Assembly (NCBI GenBank): GCA_965112735.1
Contig: OZ218962.1
Span: forward strand, 806,001 to 870,000
Reading direction: 5' to 3'
Length of the DNA stretch: 64,000 nucleotides
Source of the DNA: Phaeosaccion multiseriatum
Taxonomy: Eukaryota; Protista; Ochrophyta, other classes
A program made the translations under genes and the position numbers. Positions 23,023 to 38,955 of this stretch are shown piece after piece. Numbering within the stretch: position 1 is the stretch's first letter; every line of letters begins with the position of its first letter. A model generated the notes under the pieces. The model saw nothing but the letters and a program-made list of their open reading frames with translations. It had not been told where the DNA came from and did no database searches.

Positions 23023-24166
23023 TCACCACGGCTGCGTGCTTCTCACGCGCTGTTCTGAGCTGAACCTACGGGAGTGGTCGAACCTCTGCTTCATCGCGTC
23101 TGCGGCCACCAACCGCAGCGAGGAAGCGGCTGAGGCCTGACCTCCGCCGCTGCTGCTCACCCGACTACTATCACGAGGCGCCTCGTCGGTGATGCCAAGC
23201 ACCCTCTGTCCGCTGCTGCCTCCCGCGTAGCTGCTTCCGTCAAAGGGGGCGGGAGCAAACGCTGCTGCGGCTGAGGAGTAAGACGCTGACTTGTTCTGCC
23301 CGGGGGGGGCTGAGTGGCCAAGAGCGGCAGACTCCTGATGCACCTCGGCGAAAGAGCCCCTCCTGCTGAGAGAGAGAGAGTCGCTGCCTGCCCGAGAGAG
23401 GGTGGACCTATCCCTCTCCGACCCCCTGCTCCCGTATGACTGCTGCTGCTGCTGCTGCTGGTGGTGGTGGTGGTGGTGATGATGACTCGCGGCGGAGTCG
23501 TTACCACTGCTGTAATTCCTGCTGTTCCTCCTCTTGCCGCCCCTGCTGTCGCCCCTGCTGCCGTTGCTGTTTGTGCCCGGAGGTGTGGTGCGTAGATTTA
23601 AAAAAGAAGAAGAAGGGGGTTTGAGTGAGGGGGAGAGGAGGTAGAGTCACGTCAGCGCCATCCAAAGCACAATACCAACGGCAAAGCAAGCCCCGCTCTC
23701 TATCTTTGTACCACACACCCGCTGTGTTGGGAATTCTTCAGCTCATTGTTGATCTCCTTCGGTGTGGGTGGGGGGTACGGACTAAGGCCGGGGATGTAGC
23801 GCTCTCCGCTATTGTCTCTCTCCGCCTCTCTCTCTCTCTCCCTCCCAGAGACGACGTTCAAGGGCTGGGACGAAGGGGGCTTGGATGTGTCCCACGCCAG
23901 GCTTTGTTTGATATCGTTGTCATTGTTGTGGTGGTGCAGCAGGAAAGAACAATAGTGAAGCCGGGGGCACCATGGGGGGAGGCGTGGTGAGGTACAAGTG
24001 CAGGGTGACACGAGCGAGCCGGAAAATGTCTGCTCGCTTCTCCTCCTTCCCCTACTCACTTTCCCTGTCCCAGGAGCTCCTTCATCGGGTTGCCGCTTTC
24101 GTACTTCCGAAAGAGCGTCGACTGCCGGGTGGAGGGCTTGGAGCCGATGTGGTTGCCCACGTTCAT
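23023..24166 (-). CDS. Unknown, largely disordered protein (N-terminus MNVGNHIGSKPSTRQ, C-terminus STQPW)
   Basis: Exons 24166-24060, 23901-23719 and about 23567-23023 join in phase 2/2 into one open frame that includes His and Gln runs. Confidence 0.6.
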
Positions 24167-24451
24167 GCTGCCCCCACTGCAATTATCTCTCCACGCCGAC
24201 ATTGGTTGAACTTATTCTCTCACTTCACCCCTTTTCTTACTTATTCTTCGGATCTACACTGCTCTCACCCCTGCTGCGTCTATTCCTACTCTGGAATGGT
24301 GGTAAGCACAGCACTGTGCTCTCCAAAGTCCTCTTCAAAAAAATCCGTTACGTTCTTCCTTTTCCTCGTTGGTGATCCGATCCTGTCTAGCCGCTGTTTC
24401 CGGTATTTTGCGCCGCGAAAGCGAAGAACGGACTTAAGTAATTACAGCATC

Positions 24452-26062
24452 ATGAAGAGAGGATTGCACGTAGCGCTTACCTTAGTGACCTTGCTGGGAG
24501 GGAGAAGATTGGGTGCTGCTTTTCAGCTCAGCCCGGCAGCGAAGAGATGCAGTAGCAGCTTCAGCAGGAGCAGCTTCAGCAGTCACAGCGGAAAGATTTC
24601 CGCTCCTTTCCACAAGCCAATGCATTCGGAAGGCACCGCTTGGTCAGGAAGACATCGAAGAGCTTGTTCAGGTGGATCCGCGGCAGCGATATCCTCTGTA
24701 GTGCTTCGCGCTGCCTCCTCGGACGAGGAAGCGGACGCGGACGAGGAAGCAGTTGTGCCAACTGCAACCCGCCCCTCAGATGGTGAGGCGGCGCTCACAC
24801 CGACAGTAGAGGACCCTCCCTCCTCCACGACCACTCCCATGACAGCCTATGACGTGCGGGGAGGGACGCAGGCAGCCGATCCTCCTCCAGACGTCATGCG
24901 CGGAGCCATTTCCACGATGCCGGGCACACGAACATTCACCGTGGACGGCATCTTGAACGAGTTGGCATCCATTCAGAACAAGGTAGGCGAGCGTCTGCAT
25001 GCTCACTCTCCTTTGGATTTGGCAGCTCTGTCATTTCTCGCCATGTTTTGTTTGGTAATTGCAACCTTTGCCTCGTGCGCCGCTCCCTCTTCCCCCACCC
25101 CTGCTGCCCGCCCCGCCCTGGTACCTCTCCTTGCAGGGGCCGAAAGACTACTGCATTCTGGGCACTCGCCACTGCTCCTACCTCCACAACCAGATCGTAG
25201 AGCTCCTGGCCTTCGCCCTTGTCGTGAGCGGGAACCATGTGTATACGTCTGGGGCAGAGGGGTGCAACGCATGTACGTCGTGTATGCTTTGGTCTGTTGG
25301 GCTCTGCTTACCTGCTATTCTCTTCTCTTGTCTACCCCCCTCTCATCTCCCCTCTCCTGTCTCTCCTCTCCCAACCCCCCTCCCCTCTACTCGACTCTTC
25401 TTCCTCCCCTCTCTCTCCTCAGCTGCCATTAAAGGAGCTCTGCGAGCACAGAGGCCGGGCCTGCTCACAGTCATCCTTCCCCAGAGCATGGGGAAGCAGC
25501 CGGAGGCCATTCAAGAGCTGCTAGAGGATGTAAGGCGACTGCTCCCCTTCCCTTACCCTAACCTTCACCCTCACCTTTCACCTTCACCCTCGCCCCGATC
25601 CTAACTTGCCCCTGACTCCCATCCGGACACAATTGTTCCGCTTGCCCCGTGTGTGTGTCTCAGGTTCAGAACGTGATCGCAAATCCACAGAACGATGACT
25701 TGCCTTTGAACAAGGCTTCTCGAATCTGTAACGCTGCTCTCATCGACCGGACCGAGCATGTGAGTGAGTCTCTCGCTTCGGTTTCGGTTCCGTGCATAAG
25801 GAGAGCAGTGGAGGCTGGCTGAGACCTTCACCAGTATCGATCCCACCCACCTTGGCAGTAGGTGGCCTCCATTCCACCCCCCACAACGCCTCACTTTCCT
25901 CTCTTCCCCGGGTCCTCCTCCTCCTCCCCCTCCTCTTTCCTTGCTCGTTCACAACAACATCAGCTCATTTGCTTTGCCTATCACAACAGCTTTACAGTCA
26001 TGAAGGCGTCCGAAGCGTGCAGGAGGGCCAATAAAATATGCACGCAGCTCTACCTGGACTAG
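24452..26062 (+). CDS. Plastid-targeted DprA/Smf-like ('DNA recombination-mediator protein A') protein of cyanobacterial type
   Basis: Exons 24452-24982, 25137-25272, 25423-25529, 25664-25759 and 25964-26062. The bipartite leader reads ..LGAA|FQL. The mature part (ELASIQ..ILGTRH..ELLAFALVVSGNHVYTSGA..LLTVILPQS..ASRICN..LICFAYHNS..LYLD) matches the cyanobacterial/plant family as I recall it. Confidence 0.85.
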
Positions 26063-26854
26063 GAAGGGCAACCGCAAAAGAAACAAAAAGAGCAAAAGGG
26101 CAAGAGACACATGGTGCGACACACAATACAAGAGTAGACCAGAGCAGTGGGTGATTGAGAGTGGAGCAGAGCAGTTGGTGATACAGAGCGGGCAAGAGTT
26201 GAGCAGAGCAGGGAGGGACTTTGATCTTGTATGTTGTCATCGCCATCTGGACAGACGGACGGACGGACGGACGGACAGGGAGGGGAGGGGGCTTTGGTTT
26301 CACACAGGCACCGCACCGCACCGCGTCTGGAGGGAGGGCCAGGCGGGCCCACCTCAGAGAGAGAGAGAGAGAGAGAGCGAGAAGCTGTTCGGCTTAGCAG
26401 GACTGAGGCTTCCGTCCGTGCTGTATCACCAACTGCTACCGTCGCTGCTACTGCGGTTGGAGCAGCGGTGTCGTGCGTCCGTTTCCGTGTGGCAGAGCAC
26501 AAGAGCCGAAGAGCTTTTGGAATGGGCTGAAGGGGGACGTGGCGTACACAACAGGGAGGGCGGCTGAGGGAAGCAAATTGTGCATATATTTACATAGGGA
26601 GGGTTGGAACCTTTTAATTTGGAGGGGGGGGGGGGGAGCGTTGGAGAGTAAGGCGAAATGGCCGCGGATGGCAGCCAAAGGGGACAAAGTTGGGATGCGG
26701 GGGCGGAGTGGAAAGGAACGAGAGCAACGCGGGAGCGAGGACGGGTGGTAGGGAGGGGAAAGCAGACAGAGCAGCAGACAGAGAAGGGCCAGGCGTCCGT
26801 CTTGCTTCTCTACCCTGGGGGGGCGGGCCGAAAGGAGAGCGGAGGGACCCACAT

Positions 26855-26888
<34 letters not shown>

Positions 26889-27005
26889 GGGTGCCCTGTT
26901 GATTGACTGGAGGGAAGAGAAGAGAAGCGAAAGGGGCATTGTCAATAGATCGGGAGAGATGGAGGGAGGAAGGGAGGAAGGGCGGAGAGCAGCGCGCAGC
27001 AGAGC

Positions 27006-27040
<35 letters not shown>

Positions 27041-27773
27041 TGTGTGCGTGTGCGGAGGAAGGGGGAGGAGGGCGGCCGGTTTGAACGTATTAACTGTTTT
27101 TACGCGGTCACAGTCCCCCCCTCCTTACAAGAGTACCAGCAGTACAGAAAGCAAAGGTTTAAAAGGTTTGTAACACGCCGTCAGAGGAACACGCGCGCCA
27201 GAGAGAGAGAGAGAGGGCGTCTTGACAAATACCAGTCAAGTCGAATCATGGATGTCCCTCTCTCTCTCTATTGCTCTTGTTACTCCCTTTATTTTCACGT
27301 ATCGTATGCTCTACAGGACACATGTCTGGAGTGCTCCCACGCCACCTCTATCCATAGAAGGAAGTGTCCAAAGGGTGTCTAAAAGGAAGAGGTCGAAAGC
27401 TCTCTTTTTAAGCTCTGCGCCTGCCGAAGCGATCGATCGATCCCACGCCCCTCCCCCACCCTCCCATCCCCTCCCTCCACAGGGACCAGGCAGGACAGGG
27501 AAGGGACGAAGCGGGTGCCCTGAGCATCCAACGGCCCGCATGCATGTCTCATGCCGTGTCCCTCTCTCCCTCTCATGTCTCTTGTCTCCCTCTTTCCCCA
27601 CCAATATCGATCCCACGATCCAAAACCGACCCGAAAGTCGATATCATATCAGATCTAGCCCTCTTCTGAGCCCCCCAAGCCGCATGTCTAAAGACGAAGG
27701 AGGAGAGTCCCCCCTTTCCGCCCCGCCCTCTTCAAGACTAAAAAACTGAAACTGCTGAAACCCTTCCCTCAGC

Positions 27774-28135
27774 TCATGTGAACTTCTTGAGCTCGAAGAG
27801 ATTGTACTTGTCCCAGGGCAGGTCCGACTCTTCGTTTTTGAGGTGAGGAAGCAGACGCACCGCCGGGCTGTAGCTGAACCATAGATAGTCGGCCAACACC
27901 CGAGTCTTGTAGACATTCCCTCCGGCCAGCAGCGACAGGCGGAGGGAGCGGTTGGCGGAGAGCGTGTCGGTTGCTGTGGGGTTGAGGGCCACTGTCTTGA
28001 CGTCGAGCTTGCCACCGAAGCTCTCTGCGATACGCCCGATTCTGGGTTACGGTTGTGGGGTGGGGGCGTGTATGTATGTGTGTGTGTGTGTGGGTCATGG
28101 GTGTGTGTGTGTGTGTGAGTGTGTGTGTGTGTGGG

Positions 28136-28172
<37 letters not shown>

Positions 28173-30145
28173 GGTGTGTGTGGGTTGTGGGTGTGAGGTG
28201 TGAGGGGTGGACAGGGGCAGGGGCAGGAGGTAGGCGGGATTGAGTAGGTGGGATTGGGGGTCATTGGAGGACAGCAGGGAGGAAGGGAGCGGGGGGGAGG
28301 GGAGGGATAGAGAGGGAGGGAGCGAGGGAGGGAGAGGGAGAGAAGGAGAGAGGGAAAGAGAGAGCACGCGAGAGACGGAAAAGCAGAGAGACACACACAC
28401 AGAAAAAGAGAGAGACAAACCTACAGAGAGAGAGGGGAAAGGAGAGGTGTCCAGCTGGAGACGGAAGTTGGGGCGCTACTGTAGCCTCTGCCCTTTGGAA
28501 GAAAGAGCTCCCTCCCTTCCCTCCTCCCTCTCTCCTTCTGTATCGCCAACTGGCTCACCTGCCCGATGCTCCATAGTTGAACTTTGCTCTGTCCAGAGGC
28601 TGCACCACCACCATTGTGGAGCCCTGATGGCTCGTCACGTACTCCACCACCTGAGAACCCGCACGCACAGACACAGCAAGCCACCGATCCAAGACCATCG
28701 ACGACCATCCACGCAGAATGGGAAGGGCGGGTGCGAGCCAACGAGAGGAGAAGAAGAAGAGTGAGAAAGAGTGAAGCAGCTTAGGGGGTGGGGAGAAGAA
28801 GACGCAAGACAGAGTCAAGTCAGTCAGCGGTGCGGTGAAGTACGGTGGGAGTGTGGCCACAGCGAGAGGGGAGGGAAGTAGTGAGTGACAAGTCGAGCAG
28901 TAGAAGGTAAGTCATTCTATAGCTCTCCCCCCCGCGCTCCCCTCCTCTCCCTCCTCTCCTCACTGACCTTGCTGGCCACTGACTCGTCGCTAAGGATGCG
29001 TGTGGCGAAGTAGTTGGCCTGTGTGGGGGGTGTGGCGGGTTTGTCCTTGTCGGGGCCCGCAAACACGCCTGCCTCCACGTCCGCCTTGTAATTCTCGAAG
29101 ATCACCTTCTTCGTGTAGTCTGCGGGGTGTGTGTGTGTGAGAGAGAGACAGGGTGAGTGCGCGTGTGTGTGAGTGCGAGAGGAAGGACGGGAACGATCGA
29201 TCCAGCCAGAGTCGCAGAGCAAAATCACTAATGAATGCCCCCCCCCCCCCCGCCCACCCGCTACTCAAACTCGAGCTCGTGCCCTTACCCTTGAATCCCT
29301 CGTCTTTAACGGTGCTGATGAAACCCTTAAAATCGAGCACGTATTCATTCCTCTCCTCGCCCGAGAGACCCTCCAAACCGCCACCAAGCACTTTTCCCAT
29401 GCTCTCTGACGGCGGCGTGAGCGCAACAAGCGGCACGCCCTTCTCCCTCGCCAGGTGGAGGAGAGGTAGGTACGGCTCAATAGGGCCTGGCCAGCGTGTT
29501 GCCCACTCTGTGTCCCGCTCGAATTCCTTGTCGGCCTCATTGAGATCCGGGGTGGCCTTGGCAATGTAGGCGTCCAGAGCGCCTTGGAACTGCTGCTGCA
29601 CTTGCACAAGGCCCAGGCTGCACTGCTTGCCCTTGCGCCTGGAGATCTGGGGCGATGGTGATGGGGAGACAGGTGGGCGGGTTGGGGGAGAAGGAGAGGG
29701 AGACGGCGAAGAGAGGCAGAGGGAGGGAGAGGGGGTTGGGGTGAAGGAGTGAACAACAACGACACTCAGAGCGGGAGGAACTGATCGTTACGCACGGGGT
29801 ATCCCGCCGGGGTACGTTGTGTGCGATGACAACACTCCCTCACGCATCCAGGCACGACCCCTTCGTGTATCACCTCCCCAGTCTCCTTTGGCAAGAGCAA
29901 ACCGAGGGAGACGTCAGGGGCTGCCACCACCCACACCTCCCTTCCTCCCTCCTCCCACCCACACATCCTCCTGCGTCTGGCCCTACCTTGTCAAAGATGG
30001 TCTTTTCTAACAGCTTTTCCCTGGGGTCTGTGGTTCCATTCTGATGCCCCCCAAGGAACACCACTTGCGCCTTGGTCAATGCATTCAGCACCTTCTTCTC
30101 ATTCTGCGCAGGCCAGTCCCGGCCCCGGGAAAATACGCACACGCA

Positions 30146-30176
<31 letters not shown>

Positions 30177-30952
30177 GGTCGTAGACGTCGCAAAAGGGTA
30201 GGGAAGGGCAGGGCACGACAGACCGGGGCAGGAGGGAGGGAGGAAGGCGAAGGGAAGGTTTTTGGGGGGGGCAGAGTACCAGGCACAGCAACAGCCAGTG
30301 GAGAGACCGAGCCATATTTTGCGCCATGGTGGATCGGAAGGGAAGGGGTGAGCTGAGCATAGTGATATAACTGGCAGTGGCGAGCGAGGCTCCCCGGCTC
30401 CTCGGGCTCCAACAGCAGGCACAGCCAACGATACACTCATTTCCTTTCCACCCTCTCCTCACAAAAGAGCGCCCTTACCTCCGGCACGAGCCCCACTGGA
30501 TGCTCAAATTCGACGCGGTACGTGAGGGGCCGGGGACTCCGAACAACGGTGGGGGCTACTAATGGGTCTGGCTCCTCGAATGCGCCCGCCACCGGCACCC
30601 CACTTGACAGAACCGCTGCTGCAGCCGCTGCTGAGGTCGAGATCTTGGCAGCAGCTTGCACGAAGGCCCTCCGACTGCTACTGCTGACGCTCCTGCCGCT
30701 ATCCTCAGAAGGGTCTCCTGGTGGTGATGCCTGCAGGCATGTTAAACATGAACCAGTGCCCCTTCCACCACCTGCCCTGCAGCTGCTGCTGTCGCCCATA
30801 CCCCAGCTACTGCATCGGCTGTTTCTACTACTGCTGCTGCCGGCAGAGGAGACACGTTCCACTGCTACTCCGATCTGAAAGCTGTGCACCGCGACCTGCT
30901 GCAGGACGAACAGGAGCGCGGCCCACACCGAGAGCACCGTATAACCCAACAT
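27774..30952 (-). CDS. Plastid/thylakoid-lumen ChaN (DUF399, TIKI superfamily haem-binding) protein, related to the RER5/RER6 domain
   Basis: Exons 30952-30479, 30103-29987, 29646-29289, 29119-28968, 28650-28559 and 28041-27774 are phase-consistent. The leader reads ..VHS|FQI, followed by SRRAFV and a hydrophobic stretch. Motifs are [21 protein letters not shown]....EPY.PLL..ARE.GVPLVAL and LADYLWFS. Confidence 0.8.
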
Positions 30953-31245
30953 GCTCCTCAACCACCCTCTCCCTTTCTCCTGAGTTAAGGGGAGACTGCT
31001 ACCCTCACTTGAAGGCTGAGCCTTTCCGCATGGGCTCCAAATGTGCTCTTTTCTCCTTCAGCTTTCTCCTTTCTCTGTGGTTGAGGCGGGACAGGGACGA
31101 TGGGGTGGATAGGCGCTGCTGACTTATGAGATTATGAGGGATGGCACTTAATGTAATACATCCAACACACTGCTGGTCTCATATTCCCCGCACGCCACCA
31201 GCCAAGCAGGAGGAAGTGAGCACGAGAGAGGAGAGAATATTCACC

Positions 31246-32797
31246 ATGATGGGTGCAACTCTTCTTTCGTGCTTAGTGCTGGCGCTGGCGGCGCTCGGGG
31301 ATGCCTTCTTCGCAGTGGGGCCAGGGATTGGACCGCTCCTGATCAGCACCAGCACCAGTACCAACAGGAGCAAGAATGGGAGGAGCTCGACGGCTCTCGC
31401 GTTTGAGCCGTGGGACAAGTTCCAGAGCTGGCAGAAGGATGCCGTGAGGGAGAAGGCGATGAAGGTCGGTCCCTAACTGCTGCAACAATTGTTGCTAAGG
31501 CGAGAAATTCTTCCACGTCGTCTCTTTCGCTTATGTATATATATATATACCCCCCTCTCTCCTCTTTCAGAACGAGAAGTGGGAGGAGACTGTTCAATCT
31601 ATCATGAAAGTGGAGGGCTGGTCGAGGGAAGACGCCGAGAAGAGAGGTGGGTCACAAGCTGCTCGTGGGGGCAGGCGTGTATGAGGAGGAGGGGGAAAAG
31701 GAGGAAAGGGGGGGGAAGACAGAGAGCGGGGGGTCGCGAAGAGGAGGAGGGGATAAGAGAAGATGGAATGGACAGAGAAGAGAGGAAACTCAGGTGGGAG
31801 GTGCGCGCCGCCCTCCAGTGGTGGTATGCCCCACGAAACTTGTCTTCTCATGCGCCATTCCTACCCTTCTTGTCCTCGCTCGTGCTGCTTTCCTGCTGCT
31901 GTGGCTTGCTCGATGGCTCTTGCGTGCACTCCCTTCCCCCCCTCCTCCTCCTCCTCCTCCTCCTCCTCCTCCTGCTACTGCTGCTGCTGCTGCGGCTGCT
32001 GTTCGTTCTGCTGCTGCTCTTATGTGAATGTCCTCAGCGATTGTGTGTATTTCGGACCCTGTGGAGTACATGGTGAGTCCAGGGGCTCAAGTACGAGCAG
32101 GACGGGAAGATTAGGAATGGGAAGGGGTTGAAAGGGGGCATCTCTTATGGAACAGAGGGGAGGACAGAGGGAGAGACCAAAGAGAGCAAACGTTTCATGA
32201 ATTTCGGCACTGGATTTTATTTGGCTGCTCTCGAGACTGACCTACTCTTTACCTCTCTCCGTCACCTCTCCCTGCTACTTTGCTCGGGTTGGTCCTCTTG
32301 CTTCTTTGCTCGGGGTGCTTGCCTCTTATCCCCCCCTCTCTTCCTCCGAACTTCGTCTGGTGCCATCCCAGGCTCAGCAGACGGACATGAAGGTGAAGAA
32401 GGGCCTGGTCAAGAAGGACCCTCGTAAGATTGACGGCTTCTTCCCCATGGAATGGCTCACTTCTGGCGACTTTGGCTGGTGAGTGAGTGAGGGAGGGAGA
32501 GTGAGTGAGGAGAGTGAGTGAGTGTGATTGAGTGAGTGAAGGAGGCGACGGTAGGAGGGATCGAGTCAGGCAGTGAGTGAGTTGTGTAGTCATATTCTTC
32601 GCTTCTTGCACGAGATGGTGTGTCGCGCACGGAGGAAGATTCCATGCTTACATGCCTCGCTCTGCTGTCCCTCTTGCCCCTCCCCCCCGCCCCTCTCTCT
32701 TCTCTCCTCGACGACCTCGACGAGAAGGGGGTACGCCAGGAAGCGCAAGAGGGAGGCAGCGGAGGCAGAGGCTGCCGCGGCGGCCAAGAAGAAATAG
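31246..32797 (+). CDS. Small plastid-targeted protein of unknown function (about 165 aa precursor)
   Basis: Exons 31246-31464, 31571-31646, 32038-32072, 32372-32478 and 32728 (or 32740)-32797, with phases 0, 1, 0, 2. The leader is MMGATLLSCLVLALAALGDA|FF and the transit peptide ends ..STALA. Confidence 0.7.
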
Positions 32798-33221
32798 GCA
32801 ATGGAAGAAGGAGGGGGGGGAGAAGGAAAGGGTGGGCACTAGTCTGCTCGGCCTGAGGCACGGCGAGGATGGATGGATAACGGGGAGAGCACGACTTGCG
32901 GAGGCGCTGCTGAGGAGAGCTGCGGGAGGGAGGACGTTGTGTTTCATGTTGTATAGTTTCTTTGCTGAGTTTTTTTTACTACTGTACATCTTTGCTGAGT
33001 TTATTTATGCCACTCATACGACAGCCCCCCCCTTTACTGGTCGTGTTTGCTACTGTCCTTACTGAAGGTTCGCTGCCCTTGCTGCTTGTGTTTGCTAGTG
33101 CCCATAGGCCATCCCTTCCTCTCTTCGACATTAGATTCTTGCAGTAATGAAAGATATACTGGAACTTCCTACTTGATGATGTGTATCTACCTGCAATGGC
33201 ACTGGGAGCCAGGAGAGCCGC

Positions 33222-34169
33222 TCAGTCCTCGCAGTCGCAGGGGTGGCCATTGGCATGCACCCACTCCTTAATCTCCTCGAATTGCCCACCCCTCTCCATG
33301 CTGCCAAACACGCTCCGGTACACCTCCGGACAGGAGAACTCGTCCCACTCACACATGACGTCTTCGGATCGCAGCCACTGCAAAACCTCCAGGTCTCTCA
33401 CTCCAGTGGCAGCAAGGTTGCATACTTCACTATCCCAATCGCATAGGTCGCGAGCATTTGCCTGCAGCCAGTGCAACGCCGCCGTGTGACCACCAGACAC
33501 GGCATTGAAGGGCCCGGCCCGCCACTCGCTGCCGTACTCTGCCGCCTCCAGGTCAGCTCTTATGCGAGGGTGGCGGGAAAGCATCTCAAGCACATTGATG
33601 TGACCACCCGCCGCACCCATGCACCAGCAATTGTGGTCGTATGGCGCATTCGCCTCATCCGACAAGAGCCAGGTGAGCATCTCCACATCTCCTTGCATTG
33701 CAGCTTCAAAGCTAGTTTGCTCGTCCCAAGGGCACGCGCTTTTGTCGGGGAGATCCTCGGAGCGCAGCCACTTGAGAATGCTCAGGCCGTGGTCAGGATT
33801 GAAGGCAGTAGCTTCGCAGACTTCCTCGTCCCAGGGACAGCCGTGGCGATGGAGGGCCTCGCAGATGCCAAGGTCCCCCTTCTGGGCGGCAGCTTGGAAT
33901 GCCTCCCTGCTCAGAGTATAGCCCTGCCTGACCGCCCAGTTGACGCACCCCGCAGCCTCCACCACACACTCAAGGGATGTCTCCAGCTCTGGATGCACAC
34001 AGCTGTACAGCCTCCTCCAGTCCTTGCTCACCCCCGCGATGAAGATGTGATACCCCTTCCCCACAATGTCCATAACTTTCCTCATCGTGTCCTCCATGCC
34101 CAGGACCTTGGTGCGGGATGTATGCTGCTCTAGGCCAGCAGGGGTGGCATTGTTCCGAGTTTGACACAT
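33222..34169 (-). CDS. Intronless F-box-like + ankyrin-repeat protein (CPWD type), copy 1
   Basis: Single ORF; first ATG at 34169, open to 34226. It has an N-terminal VL..EDTMRKVM.IVG.G..IFIAGVSKDWRRLY segment and repeats of the form AA..G.L..L.WL...CPWD. It ends FEEIKEWVHANGHPCDCED. Confidence 0.85.
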   Translation of the reverse strand: MCQTRNNATPAGLEQHTSRTKVLGMEDTMRKVMDIVGKGYHIFIAGVSKDWRRLYSCVHPELETSLECVVEAAGCVNWAVRQGYTLSREAFQAAAQKGDLGICEALHRHGCPWDEEVCEATAFNPDHGLSILKWLRSEDLPDKSACPWDEQTSFEAAMQGDVEMLTWLLSDEANAPYDHNCWCMGAAGGHINVLEMLSRHPRIRADLEAAEYGSEWRAGPFNAVSGGHTAALHWLQANARDLCDWDSEVCNLAATGVRDLEVLQWLRSEDVMCEWDEFSCPEVYRSVFGSMERGGQFEEIKEWVHANGHPCDCED

Positions 34170-34666
34170 ATCTTTCGTTGTTCTTGCACCAATTCGCGCT
34201 GAAGCACTCTCCTCCCTCCGTAGCACTCTCGCACCACTCCCCGAGCAAAGAACAGCAGTCTGGACGGAGGGTGGTTGGGACTTGCGTCAGGTGAGACTCC
34301 TATTTAGCTCCTCTGCATTTGCATTTTCATGGGAGCTCGAAAGCGATCCTTGAAAAAAATAAAATTATAAATATTCAAAATCGAGATCGATAAAAAGTCG
34401 ATGCCGATATCGATGTCGATAGATGATTCAAATCAAATCGTAAAAGGACAAAAAGGACAAAGAGGTATAGATATATAAAACCATCCACACCACCAGAGAG
34501 AGAGGATACTCTGCCGAGTGAGCCCAGTTTTGTTGTAGCTTCCGTGTCTTTACTTTGGTGCGGTACCAAAGCTGAGAGGCCGTCCTCTTTGCCTGATCTC
34601 AGCCTTCTTGTTCGCCCCTTCTCCCCCGTCCAGAGGGACTACAAGGCGACCCATTCTAAGCACTGA

Positions 34667-38535
<3,869 letters not shown>

Positions 38536-38955
38536 GGAGCTGCACAGGCAACTCGTGCGCAGGGCGGTGTCGTCTTAGTGATTGGGTCTTTTGATGCATT
38601 CACAAGCAATAACAAATAGAATATGATTTTCGTGAGCAGCAACTGGCGCCTGGTGGCAGAGCTGCTGCAGCCGAACAGAGGGGCGGCTCTATCTTCCACG
38701 GTTGGTTGGCACCACAGCTAGGCCGCCACAGCACACACAGACGTGACGTGTGGCTGTGGTGCGCCTACACCTTTCCACGTTGGTGATACAAAGAAAAAAG
38801 GTTCCAGGGTTCGGGAGGGAGTTAAAACTAAATAATAGTCGGCGCAGGGCAGAGCCCTCTCGCTCCTCATGTATGTAACCTCGGCCGCGCTTCCCCCGCA
38901 CACCGCTCGTGATGTGTGTTCCTCTTTCACGACGTTGAGAGGTGCGGGTCGCAAA

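Noticed and set aside
34335-34480. AT-rich, TCGA/ATCGAT-rich patch as a mobile element or ncRNA
   Set aside because: No TIR, TSD or RNA-gene fold is evident. It sits in a divergent promoter region and is most simply promoter sequence.
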